Shown here piece after piece: positions 26,716 through 40,156 of a DNA stretch of 64,000 bases (its first letter is position 1; each line of letters starts with the position of its first letter). Source of the DNA: Octopus sinensis (taxonomy: Eukaryota); assembly GCF_006345805.1 (NCBI RefSeq), contig NC_042999.1:58590001-58654000 (forward strand), in the 5' to 3' direction. Made by a program: the position numbers and the translations under genes. Under the pieces are notes generated by a model. That model was given only the letters and a program-made list of their open reading frames with translations. It was not told the origin of the DNA and did no database searches.

Positions 26716-27080
26716 ATTTGTTTACTAACCACAAGGGGCTAAACACAGAGAGGACAAACAAGGACAGACAAACGGATTAAGTCGATTATATCGACCCCAG
26801 TGCGTAACTGGTACTTATTTAATCGGCGAGCTGGCAGAAACGTTAGCACGCCGGGCGAAATGCTTAGCGGTATTTCGTCTGCGTTACGTTGTGAGTTCAA
26901 ATTCCGCCGAGATCGACTTTGCCTTTCATCCTTTCGGGGTCGATAAATTAAGTACCAGTTACGCACTGGGGTCGATGTAATCGACTTAATACCTATGTCT
27001 GTCCTTGTTTGTCCCCTCTGTGTTTAGCCCCTTGTGGGTAATAAAGAAATAGGTACTTATTTAATCGACCCCGAAAGGAT
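26716..27080. mobile_element. SINE B (+, 26825-27051) inserted into an oppositely oriented SINE B
   Basis: 15-bp TSD ggtacttatttaatc at 26810-26824 and 27052-27066. The flanks rejoin into a continuous minus-strand SINE B 3' part. Confidence 0.92.
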
Positions 27081-27970
27081 GTGTGTGTGTGTGTGCATTT
27101 AATTTAGTGTATATCTTTCACCGTTGCATATATGCGTAGAAAGACTGAAAACCGGTGCTTTACGAAACTGTAATACCATATAATGTCGCGAATGTGTAGA
27201 ACTGTATTCTGTATTACTTATCTTAGTCGCACTCGGAAATTCTGTACTCAGTATTTCGATGTTCACAAGTTACAATATAGAATAAATAAATGAGTGGATA
27301 AATAAATAAAATAAATGAACGACCAGAAAAGGAACTTAGTATGTCAAACAAAATATCACTTTGGTAATAGGAGTAAACAGATGGTGGTCTATCTTTGCTC
27401 GATTCTCACACTTGAAGATGCGAATGAGAATTCACTTCGTTTTGATTAATTGTTAATATGCTTTGCTTCTTTCAGCGCTTAGTAAGATAGAAGTGGTGGC
27501 AAGCATGCATGACTCACTTATTTCCTCGGGTCGCTGAAACAGATGGGAAGAAAGGACGAACTTGTCTACAAACTGGAAATCTGGCCAGAATATTTGCATA
27601 AGAGTGAAGTTCGCTAAAGACACCAACAGGACCTAGTGGTGGTGTGAAACCGAGTGGTAGAATAAGGACAGCATGTGAATACGCAGAGTGAGAGAAATAC
27701 GCACATTACCTTTTTTTTTTTACTTTCAGTGGATGAGTTTACGAACGAACAAACAAACGAACCAACCAGCCAGCCAACCAACCAACCAACCAAACAAACA
27801 AACAAACAAACAAACAAGCAACCAACCAGCCAACCAACCAACCAACTAGCCAACTAACAAATCAACCACATGTAATTGAAAGTGAATATTATATCAATAA
27901 TTAAAGTGTGGAATACACGAGGACTGAATTTAAATCAATTATTTATGTTTTAATATGTATTTATCTATTA

Positions 27971-28358
27971 AGGCAGTGAGCTGGCAGAACCGTTAGCACG
28001 TCAGGCGAAATGCTTTGCGGTATTTCGTCTGCCGCTACGTTCTGAGTTCAAATTCCGCAGAGGTCGACTTTGCCTTTCATCCTTACGGGGTCGATTAAAT
28101 AAGTACCAGTTACGCACTGGGGTCGATATTATCAACTTAATCCGTTTGCCTGTCCTTGTTTGTCCCCTCTGTGTTTAACCCCTTATGGGTAGTAAAGAAA
28201 TAGGTATTTCATCTGCCGCTACGTTCTGAGTTCAAATTCCGCAGGGTCGATAAATTAAGTACCAGTTACGCACTGGGGTCGATGTAATCGACTTAATACC
28301 TTTGTCTGTCCTTGTTTGTTCCCTCTATGTTTAGCCCCCTGTGGGCAATAAAGAAATA
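27971..28358 (+). mobile_element. SINE group B dimer (second unit internally deleted)
   Basis: Head ggcagtgagctggcagaaccgttagcacg; junction aaagaaata|ggtatttc at ~28202. Confidence 0.9.
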
Positions 28359-29099
28359 AAGTTCAGCGTTGATGGCGCGACCATTTAGCACAAGTCCCCG
28401 GCGCACGGACTTTTTCCTCACACCTAATAAAAGTTTCTCGCTGCTGTTGTTTATTCGCCGGTCAACTTCATTCGAGCAGACCTATGACCAAAAGTATCCC
28501 AGACATGAACACCCCTCCTTTATTTTGTCAGATACAATGCATGCAGAGCCAGTGCCATCTTACGGCACGAGCACACTGGGCAATTGTCTTGAAACCTCAC
28601 GGGTCTTAGGACCCAATTCAGATCTATGTATACCATGTCTTGCTGCTAATAAATTAGTGTTATAGGACCCAGTATATTGATATGCCCAGGAGCCTATAAC
28701 ACTGTTAAAACGTTCACATCTATATTCTTTAAATTATTCTTCCTATTTTAAAGATAATTGTGATTGATAAGACCAATATTTTACATCTACTTTTTGCAGC
28801 AGAAAGAGCGGTAACGTATAAAATCTCACGCGGTAACGTATAAAATCTCACGCTAACTCGTTATTATTGCTGCTATTATTGTGGGTTGCTGTTTCTTAAG
28901 CGGATTTCTCTGTTCGGTTTCATCTTGGAGTTTAGGATCTGCCACACTTTCCGACTGAGTTACTTTCTTCCTTTATCTTTTGTTTCGTGGCTTCTTAATT
29001 GGTGAGAAGAGAGGCAGTGTGATTCCATACCATCTTTTGATGCCAACATACGGAAACTACCTTTGATCTAGATCCTTCATTGTGGTTTCTGACATACAG

Positions 29100-29191
29100 C
29101 ATCACTCCACTACCACCACAAAAACAATGGTTATCATCGTCGTCATCATCATCATCATCATCATCATCATCAAGTTTATCATCTTCATTAA

Positions 29192-29225
<34 letters not shown>

Positions 29226-29560
29226 TTTATCATCTTCATTAACATCATCATCTTCATTAACATCATCATCATTCACCTAATCTTCATCCTCCTCCTTCTC
29301 TTACGACAACCAGCATCACCAGCGGCGGCAGCACCACCACTACCACCACCTCCGCCTCCTCCTCCACCACCACCACCACCACCACAGCAACAACAACTAC
29401 TACTACTACTACTTCTGCTGCTGCTGCTACTACTACTACTACTACAACCACCACTACCACCAGCATCACCACCACCAGCATCACCACCACCAGCATCATC
29501 ATCATCGTCATTGTTACTGTTGAGGGCTTTGTTTTGAAGTTGTTGTTGCTGTTATTACGA
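29100..29560. repeat. Compound trinucleotide tract (CAT)n(CCA)n(CTA)n(CTG)n
   Basis: Directly visible. It explains the poly-D/P/I ORFs. Confidence 0.9.
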
Positions 29561-29948
29561 AGATCATTATCAAGCAATTCATTCAATTAGATATTGTTTT
29601 CCATCTCAGATTAATTCAAGTTATGTTTTGATTGCTTTGTCATGACTTTCCACTCATTCGATCAAAAATAATGGGAAACATCTGCTATTCATGAAAAAAA
29701 AAAATGACAAAAAGACAAAAAAACAAGCAAAAAAAACAAAAACAAAATCAGCAATTAAGTTTGAAACAAACAACTCAGTGAAAGATAACAATACCACTAC
29801 CCCCAACGCCACCATCAACAAGAACCAGAATAACAATAACAATAACAACAATAATCAAACAATAACAACGGAGGAGACATAGATATTAGCAAGGGATGTA
29901 ACCGAGTTGATAATAACAATTACAAGAGTTCTGAAAGGAGAGTAAATC

Positions 29949-30780
29949 TCAGGTCATCCCGTAAGTTCTGTCCGATTTTACCTTTTTTAAAATTGAATGA
30001 AATTTAATAGCATTTTAGAATGTCTAATGGAATTAAAAATTATTTTTATGTATTTGTGTACATTTGAACTAATTAAATATTATTTTACAGAAGAACAGAA
30101 TTAAAATTTATTTGATGAAAACCCTTTCTAACATGGAAGTATCCAAAGAGCATTTGGGACACGTAATGTTTTATGAGTACAAAAAAAAGGAAACTCTGCA
30201 GCCAAACCGACTCGAAACATACACTCAATTTATGGGAAAGAGTGTTTGAATGAAAGAACTTGCAGAAGATGGTTTGCAAAATTCAGAAGTGGGAATTTCA
30301 GCTTTGAAGATGAAGATCGAACAGGACGTCCAGTTGAGTTGGAGGATAAGCTCCTTGATGTATAACTTGAAGAAAATCCTGGGCAATAAAGCTTAGTTCA
30401 AACCATACAACTGTTCATCGTCATCTTCAACAACTTGGAAAGATTCCTAAATTTGGAAAATGGGTACGTCATGAATTGTTCGAAAGCAACCGTAAATCCC
30501 GAGTTGACATTTGTTCTTCTCTCCATTCTCGCGAACTCATTTCAACCTTTTTGGATTGACTTGTGACTGGTGACGAAATGTTAAATGTTAAACGTCGTAA
30601 ACAGTAGGTTGGTAAAAGGGAAAAAGTTCAACCACAACCGAGAAGGGAACTTCATGGGAAAATGGTTCTTCTCTCTATCTAGTGGGATTGCAAAGGAGTA
30701 ATTCACTTTGAATTGTTACCACCTAATGCAACAATCAATGCTCAAGTCTACTGTCAGCAATTAGAGAGTTTGAACCAAGC
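29949..30780 (+). mobile_element. mariner (DD34D-type) transposon, 5' part with transposase pseudogene, 3'-truncated
   Basis: TIR-like tcaggtcatcccgtaagttctgtccgattt and ATG at 30133. Translation MEVSKEHLGHVMFYEY..GNSAA...RRWFAKFRSGNFSFEDEDRTGRP, WVRHEL (WVPHEL motif), LVTGDE (first catalytic D), *WDCKGVIHFELLP..TINAQVYCQQL, with stops and frameshifts. Confidence 0.92.
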
Positions 30781-30799
30781 ATTTTGAGAGTTTGAACAA

Positions 30800-31752
30800 A
30801 AAGTAGCATTGGTACTAATGCTACCTTTTTCATCGACCACAACTGCTTAACTTCCCAAGTTAACCGATCATATCTCTCGACTTTTCTTTCTTCCTTATCG
30901 CACACCATGTTGTCAGCTGGGCATGCTATGGTTTATTTTCAGCATAGTTTATTTTCTTTCTCAATTAATGTTAGGCTTCCTATTCTGTATCTCATGGTCG
31001 CACTGAATCATAATATCCCATAGGAGCTTTGCATTTCTATTTTCGACGATGCCTTCAGGTTTGTAGTCGTACAAGTGTTTTGCTGTCAAGACCATACTCG
31101 TTGCAAAGTGTCCAATGGACAGGCCTGGCTATATTGTCGTGCGTCTGTTATATTCCTTCTGGGCTAGTGGCATACATTGGCTGGTAATATACCATACGGT
31201 TTCACCGTTTTGTCCACAGATTCTGGGCTTATCACTTTCTGCTGTGTTGTCTACTCTGTATTTTATGTAGTTTGTTTTTAGTGCTTGCTCTTGGGCAGCA
31301 CAGATCATAGCCTCCGTTTCCGGTTTTAAATCACTTTTAGTCATCCACATCCATCTTTTTTCTCTGTCGGTCTTATCGTCAACATCCCTATGAAATTGAC
31401 CATGCATTTTTTTCTTTACCCACCTATTTTCAATTTCATTCGTTTTCAATTTCTTGTATAGGGCTTTATCTTTGCAATCTGTCATCCTACACAAGCCTGA
31501 CCTTCTTACTTCTAATAATAGCGGTTCTGTGGCATTTTGTACATACCATGCTATGTTGTTTTCTTCTGATCTAATGCTGTGTTCGCAACCAGTCAAACCT
31601 CTTCCCCCTCTTTTTCTTGGTACATACAGACTGTCTGTGTCCCTTTTTGGGTGGAGTGACCCATATGTAGTTAGCAACTTCCTTGTCTTTCTGTCTATGT
31701 TGTTTAGTTCGTCTTCTGTCCATTCGAGTACTCCTGCTCCATATCTAAGGAG
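30800..31752 (-). mobile_element. Non-LTR retrotransposon fragment with restriction-like endonuclease (R4/Dong-like), post-RT region
   Basis: LHPKRDTDSLYVPRKRGGRGL, LKPETEAMICAAQEQAL, degenerate zinc knuckle (PRICGQNGETVWYITSQC) and downstream LLWDIMIQCDHEI. The 5' end abuts (TAA)n. Confidence 0.9.
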
Positions 31753-32558
<806 letters not shown>

Positions 32559-32560
<2 letters not shown>

Positions 32561-33990
32561 TAGTTTTATTTTTTTAGCGTGCTTTCACTTCACTACCGAG
32601 CGCAGCTCTGTGTGCCTTGGGTATGTGCTGTGATTTGTTGTGATGCTCTGATGGTTATTGTATGGAAAGTGTTCTGCGTAGGATGTGTGCAGTGCCTAGT
32701 AGTGCAATTTTCTGTATGTTATATGTGTTTGTAAGTCCTGGTGTTTTTGTTATGTATTTGTCTGAATATTTTTTTATCATGCTTAATGCACCTACTATGA
32801 TAGGAATTGTTTCTGTTTTCAGGTTCCACATTCTAGTTACCTCTATTTCCAGGTCTTTGTATTTTGAGAGTTTCTCCATTTCTTTTAGAGACACGTTGTC
32901 ATCTGCCGGTATTGATACATCAATTAGAAAGCATTTTTCTCCCTTCCTGATCTCTGACAACTATATCTGGTCTGTTGGCCTTAATTTCTCTATCTGTGTG
33001 TATCGGCATATCCCAGAGTATAGTTGCTTTCTCGTTTTCTGTGACCTTTTCTGGTGTGTGCCTATACCATCTTTTTTCTGTTGTTATTCCATAATGTTGG
33101 CATAGCTTCCAATGTATGTAGGTTCCAACTCTGTCATGTCTGTGAATATATTCCTTCTTAGCCAGGACTGGGCAGCTAGAGATAATATGATTTATTGTTT
33201 CTTGTCCATCTCCACATATTCTGCAGTTACTTGTAATATTTCTTTTCATTACATGTTTTTGGTAATTTCTGGTGGGGAGGCTTTGGTCTTGTGCTGCAAT
33301 TAAAAATCCCTCTGTTTCTGCTTTGAGTCCTGAGCTTCTCAACCATTGCTGGGATTTTTCTTTGTCTATTTCTTTTGCGTTTAGTTTAGTGCAGTATTTA
33401 CCATGAAGGGGTTTTTCTTGCCATTGTTTTATCATGGCTCGTTGCTGTTCTATTTTTAGTTTGGATTTCATTTGTTTTATAGCTTTTGTTGTTTCTTCAT
33501 CATCTTCTTCTTCTTCTTTGTGTTTATTAGGTGGTATGATTTCTTGTTTGTATTTGTCAGCTTCCTTAAATACTGAGAACAGTTTTTTGTTTTGCTCGTG
33601 TTTGCTGCTATCTGGATCAGTTTTCCTTCCTTCTGAAGTAGGTATTTTTGCAGTCCTATGGTGGTTATTTTATAGTAGTTTTCCAGCTGTATAAGGCCTC
33701 TACCACCTTCTATACGTTGTATATATAGTCTTTCTATGTCAGATTTTGGGTGATGCATCCTAGATCCTGTCAGTATTTTTCTTGTTTTCCTATCTATTTT
33801 GGACAGTTCATTTCGTGTCCAGTTAAGGATATTGTAGCTGTAACTTATAACTGGGACAGCTAAAGTGTTGATACCTATTATCTTGTTTTTAGCATTGAGC
33901 TCTGTTTTTAGTATTGATCTAACTCGTCTATAATAGTCTTTTTTTATTTTCTCTTTCATTTGTGTGTGTTGTGTCTTATCTAGTTCATGG
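32559..33990 (-). mobile_element. 5'-truncated R4/Dong-like non-LTR retrotransposon with intact 3' end, inserted in (TAA)n
   Basis: Three overlapping frames (33477-33959, 32920-33471, 32655-32960): post-RT HPKSDIERLY..GGRGL, CCHC knuckle CRICGDGQETINHIISSC, RHD, and RLE motifs RPDIVV/LIDVSIP/KLSKYKDL. It has a ~95-bp 3' UTR and (TAA)n at both ends. Confidence 0.95.
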
Positions 33991-33998
33991 ATTCATGG

Positions 33999-34074
<76 letters not shown>

Positions 34075-35255
34075 CATCATCATCATTATTATTATGATTT
34101 ATGATGACTGAAGAAATATACATGCCCAGTTTACTGACACTTAAATGTATCCAGATTGCAGACCCGGTATGTCACGTTTATGTGTTTATGTAAATGATAG
34201 AAATGGAAACCCCCTTTTTATGGTACATAAGTGCATTTTTGGGAAACTTACTATCGTGTGGACAGGATACAGTATTATTACAGTTGCATCGGTATGATGG
34301 ATTTTGAATATTTCTATATGTGAAATCACTGTTGCTGACTTTGGAATTATTTTTGTAGACGAGTTTGCGATGGTAGTTGTATGGGGGATGTTTGTTTATC
34401 AGTTATAAAAATCCAGTAAAGACATAATCTAAACGAAATAATTATTCTGGTTTTGTTTCATGCTTTTATGCTATAATGCTTAAGTTATTTTCTTTTCTTT
34501 TAATCTGCTCTTTTTTAAGGGATTATTGTAATGTTCTGTAACAAGATTATATTCTTCGTCGGGAGAAACTAACAAATTTCATGGAAACGAGTTTTAGCTT
34601 TAACTTTATCGCACCTGTTATCTTTGTTAGTCGGGAATTTTTGCCCACTGGTACTGAGACATTTTTGACATGTTAGCAAAAATATACGACTATTTTAGAT
34701 CCATTCTTGTCACAGAGTTAGTTTAGCTTCTCAGTAATGTCAGAGAATTAGAGATTTTAACCAAAATAAAAGACAAATTGCCTACTGAGCTCTCTTTTTA
34801 ATATTTACTAACAAGGAAAAGTTATTTTCGTTGGTTTGGTGCATTTGCCCATCACTAGATAAGATTGTCTTTGTATCTCTGCTTCTAATTTTCGTTCTAA
34901 CAGCTGTCATACGTTACTATGATTCTTGTATGATTCTTTCTCTAAAATCTTTGGTTTGAGCTCAATAAAATATTTTTAGTTTAAATACACATAAGTTTTT
35001 TTTCTAATTTTTTCTTTCAGCCGATGGCCATTTCCTACTTGTACAATTTTAGCACTACAATGCAAATTATCTATGGACACGAAAACATGAAATCATCTAT
35101 GTATATTTTTTCATAACATTTCTAAAACAAATCTTACTCGTGTCAATGTACATTTTTTATTTGAAGACATTTATACAGACTTTACTTTGTTTCTTGTAAA
35201 TTAGAATGTTTTTTTATATATTTGTACTATATTCTGCTTTAACCGTAATAACAAA

Positions 35256-35510
35256 TCACGTGCTGACCTCGAATGTTTGTACAAGCGGCTTCAGTTTCTT
35301 GTTGAATAGCTTCGATTCCGCCAAGAATTTTCGAACAAACTTTTTTTCACTAATCATTGATTTTTTTTTTGTGACAGCTACAGCTCTATATGTAGCTTCT
35401 TTTATTGTTGTTGTAATTGGCCCACATCTGGTTTACAAATTCTTTTATAATTCCCTAGATATTTTCGGTCAGCCGTCAGGTATAAGCTGTTGATTTCCTT
35501 TTGACTGTAG
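35256..35510 (-). pseudogene. Possible decayed N-lobe of a CAMK-group Ser/Thr kinase (HUNK/TSSK-like)
   Basis: DRKYLGNYKRICK, then after one frameshift CGPITTTIKEATYRAVAVTKKKSMISEKKFVRKFLAESKLFNKKLKPLVQTFE, with a possible donor gag|gtcagc. The order of motifs resembles subdomains I-IV, but the VAIK lysine and glycine loop are damaged. Confidence 0.3.
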
Positions 35511-38454
35511 AGCCAGATCACCGTTTTTCATAGCTGAAGCCAACTTTCATCTCGTTACTGCTTCAGCCAAAATTAACAAAGACCAACTAGGATACAACAA
35601 CCCCCAGTCAGGCAGAACATTCTCCAAATCAATGCCGATGAAGTATTGTCTCTATTAATCAATGACGCAATATACTCCGAAGTGGAATTACCATTTTTTC
35701 TTCAAAATTTGAGGGGAAAAAACCCATTCAGATAAAATGCTAAGCAAAAAAAACAAAAAACCCCACGAAAGAATACTAGAGTTGCTGGTTTATTTTTGGG
35801 CACTTTTTAATCTGTTAATTCTTATCAGTGGAATATTGTCTTTTCATTTTATTTTAAATCGTATATAATCATTATCACCTGTTAAAATGTATTTTCCTTG
35901 AACTTATTTTTCTGCCCACTGGACTTATTTTCTACACACACACACCACACACACACTCTTACACATACACTCACACACACATACACATACATACACGCAT
36001 ACACACATGCACAAATATACACATACACATACACACGTACACACACTGGCATAAACACGTGTATAATGAAAATGACAGTTTAGATCTACAGTGGAGCAGC
36101 AACAAACTTTTTGCAGTTTGCTCTTATTTACTTCATCTCCCAACATAGCATTCATTTAGAGAAAGCAAACCACACATACATTTTGTACAAAAGTGATGTC
36201 ATTGTTTATTTTTTTCTTTCTGCAATCCCACTTGAATGAATGTCCATGCAATGTTAATTTTCTCCAGACTTCCTTTATTTCATTTTATTTGCCATAAAGG
36301 CAGTATACAGAGTAGCTGCGGGCTGGACAAAAACATTAATGACTGAAAATGAAATAAAATGAATAAATGAGAGACGAAACCCAACACCAGCCGATTGGAT
36401 TTTTCCTCCAGACTTACTTGCATGATGACGTATCTTGCAAGACTCACTTGCCCACGCATGCACACAGATAATCTCACTTGCAGCTGGAGCACACACCATA
36501 CTGAATCTCATTCATATTTGTGCAAACATCATGTAAACCCCACTCCATCCACGTTTGCTCGTTTCACAAACGGTAATGCTTAACATGGGGATTTACCCCA
36601 GAACAATTCACTTTATCATTTACTGATGTTAGTAATTTTGCCTTATTATTCGAGTTTTGCTACCAACTCTTTTATATAGGTCTATAACAATAACTGTTTC
36701 TTATCATTCAACGCATGATAAGCGTTGTTGTAACAATTCCCTTACAGATGACATTTTAGTTTCATTGATTTCAAGGGCGTTCTTTTTGCTAACCGTATAT
36801 TTAACACAAGTAATCCGTAAGCAACTTTTGGCTAGTTTAAAAATTACAAGATCATTTTACGCTCATCACTGTCACGAAGTTGTTTTAACCTGTCAGAAAT
36901 TTAGCCAGCCAGGGACTCTAGTCGTTATGTGGCCAATTTTTGATAATATTATCAAGTAAAATCTATTTTTTCTTACTCCATGCATTTGCTCGATACCAGA
37001 CGTGAATATCTGTACCTCTACTTCTAGAAACAACCATATCTAAGCTGTTACTTGCTATCTCGTTCCATTCTTTCATTGCTAACTAGATGTCAGGAATTGT
37101 CTAGACTTCTTAAAACAATTTGTTTAAATATGCATTGAATTATATGACCTTTCATATCATTACCAGCTTGTAGACATTTACCTTTATAACACAAATCAGC
37201 TCATTGATATTAAACATGAAAATATCTATGTAATATCTATGTATATATCCCATAACATTTCTCTAACAGAAATTGTCTAATTGATTTATCGATGTACATT
37301 TTCAGAAACACATTTATGTAAACTTTATCTTGTTTCAACTTATAAATTAAGATCTGGAATGTTCCATGTCTGAATTCTCTTCTACTTTAATCAATTTTTT
37401 TTCCTTTTGATATTTAAGAAGTAAAGAAAAACTTATACGCAATCCAATTTTTGTTCTTATATCACCGAGTAGTCTTAATTTGTAACAACATATTTGATAT
37501 ATGTCAGCGAAATGTATATTGACTTTTGAGTGTTTTTTTTGTAAAGATATATGCGTGTGTTTCAGTCTGAATTTGTAAGTGTGCATGTCCTCACATTTGG
37601 GATGTTTGGGTCAGGATAATAAGGGTGTGATTTCAATTCCTGGAACGAACAGCACGTTGTGTTCTTAAGTAAGTCACTTCCTTTCACATTAATTCAATGT
37701 ACTCATTTCTAAATTAGTAGGGGCCGAGTGCTGGCGAGACTCTTTCTCCCTCCAAATGTCACACACTGTACGTACCACTGGGCGAAGGTTTAATAGCCGA
37801 GAAGGCATCTATATCTGCCTGTTGCTATACAGGTACCTAACAAAAGCATGCTACGTGAGTGCCGGCTATATATGGAATCTAAATTTACATCAAATTTATA
37901 AGGGCTATTTTAGTCTCGATGGTAATATTAATATTAAACGAGTCAAGGTGTAAAGTACAGCATGCCATATACAAAACATTCTTCAATAAGTAAAATTATC
38001 GTCTGAGAGTAAGATTGTCAGGAATCCAAGTAGCAATTATGTGTGACACTCAAAGAAAAGTTGATTAATTTCAAGAAATAGAAAGCTTATTAATCAAGGT
38101 TAATTCACACACATACTCGGTGGGAAGAACAATTTGGTGTTAGTTTACAGACAAGGGACAAATATAGACAAGCTTCAATCCAATATAAAGTTGGTACAGA
38201 AAGAGTTCAAATTGAAATGTAAGCACCCGCAATTTTTCTCACTGCAATTAAGCTTATTTGTATTTTCTAACTAATCTTTTCTGATGTAAGCCATCATTAA
38301 TCTGTTAATTTCCCCGAGCTCTTGTTTTATATTCACTACGTCTGGTCTAGTTTAGAGTGGTTTTTGATGAAGCGTCTCAATATAATACTTAACCTTCACT
38401 CACTATACATTCTAAAGTGAATGAAGTTTAAGGTTTTTATTTTAAACTTAAAAT

Positions 38455-38855
38455 ACTCTCTTTTTACTCTTTTACTTGTTTCAGTCATGTGACTGTGGCC
38501 ATGCTGGAGCACCGCCTTTAGTCGAGCAAATCGACCCCAGGACTTATTCTTTGTAAGCCTAGTACTTATTCTATCGGTCTTTTTTGCCGAACCGCTAAGT
38601 TACGGGGACGTAAACACACCAGCATCGGTTGTCAAGCGATGTTGGGGGACACAGACACACAAACATATACACATACATGCATACATACATATACATATAT
38701 ACGACGAGCTTCTTTCAGTTTCCGTCTACCAAATCCACTTACAAGGCTTTGATCAGCCCGAGGCTATAGTAGAAGACACTTGCCCAAGGTGCCACGCAGT
38801 GAGACCGAACCCGGAACCCTGTGGTTGGTAAGCAAGCTACTTACCACACAGCCTA
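38455..38855 (-). mobile_element. SINE group A, near full length
   Basis: Close match to the other group A copies from tail to cttaccacacagcc. Confidence 0.9.
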
Positions 38856-39607
38856 TAATGTACAGAAAATATGTGAGTGATAAATTGGTTCTGATAGAAT
38901 ATATTCTATATAATTGTTTTATCGCTATATTCAGACCAAAATGTCTTTACAGATTTATAATGAACGTTTATCAAATTGTCAAAGAATTCATATCGTAGGG
39001 ACCTGATCAGCTGCGGCTTTCTTGCCAGAGACTGTTAAATTCATTGATGCTTTATGATGAAGAATGCTGAAAGTGATGTCCGTCTTTCAGGTGAAAAGTA
39101 AGCGTTGGAAAATAGTGTACTCTGTATACTATTTTCAGACGCACGTTAACAATGATTATTGTTAAACAAGCAAGTACGCAATTGCTGTGTACTTGCATGT
39201 TCAACTGGTACAACTGTATCAAATGGTACAGTTGATACAGTGCTTAAATGTCTACAAAGCAGATGTCTTTGCATCTCAGGTTCCATTCAATTCACTCTAG
39301 CACCAATGAATGGAATGGCACTAAAGAATATTTCGAAATCTAAAGGAATCTAACAGTCCGATCCCAAATAGGAACATGAATTTCCACAAGTCAGAATCCA
39401 CTGCTTTCACTGCAGTTCACGTCTACAACCGCCGACTTCCTAAGTTCAGGATTCGTCTTCACCTCGAGATCCAAATGTTTCCGAATATAGATTGCTACAC
39501 CAACACATTTGAGAACTGAGTGAGGGGATACACTCAATAGTCACATAGCAAATGCGCAAAAGTGTACGGCCAGGTAATCCTAATCTCATTGATGGCTACT
39601 ACAACTA

Positions 39608-40156
39608 AGGGGCATTCCGTCGGTTACGACGACAAGTGTCCTAGCTGATACGATCAACGGAACGTGAAATTCTCTTCTACTCTAGGTCCGAAATTTTTGA
39701 GGAAAGGGGACAGTCGATTAGATCGACCCCAGTACACAATTGGTACTTAATTTATCGACCCTGAAAGGATGAAAGGCGGAATATGAACTCGACCTCGGCG
39801 GAATATGAACTCAATACGTAAAGACGGAGGAAATACAGCTAAGCATTTCGCCCGGTGTGCTAACGTTTCTGCCAACTCACCGCCTTAGCTTGCTCGTGAA
39901 ATTAACGTGCAAGTGGCTGAGCATTCCACAGAAACGTGTGCCCTTAACATAGTTCTCAGGGAGATTCAGCGTGACACAAAGTGTGAAATGGTTGGCCCTT
40001 TGTAATACAGGTACAATTCATTTCTGCCAGCGGAGTGGACTGGAGCAACGTGAAATAAAGTGCATTACTCAAGGACATAACGCGTCGCCGGGAATTGAAC
40101 TCACGACCTTACAGCCGTGAGCCGAATGCCCTAACCACTTAGCCACGTGCCTTCAC
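39608..40156 (-). mobile_element. SINE group C (body type 1) with 13-bp imperfect TSD
   Basis: Head gtgaaggcacgtggctaagtggttaggg. TSD gcta(c/t)taca(a/t)cta at 39595-39607 and 40157-40169. Confidence 0.88.
39672..39886 (-). mobile_element. SINE group B monomer (alternative tail) nested in SINE C
   Basis: tctactctagg..ccgaaattt tail through gctaacgtttctgccaactcaccgcc head, interrupting the SINE C body. Confidence 0.88.

Noticed and set aside
28806-28852. Short tandem duplications (22 bp here; similar near 55812-55862 and 59418-59451)
   Set aside because: These are ordinary slippage or repair duplications.
29082-29586. Pro/Gln-rich ORF resembling a transcription-factor low-complexity region
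   Set aside because: It is a mosaic of trinucleotide runs with poly-I and poly-L in the same frame, and has no flanking domain or clear splice context.
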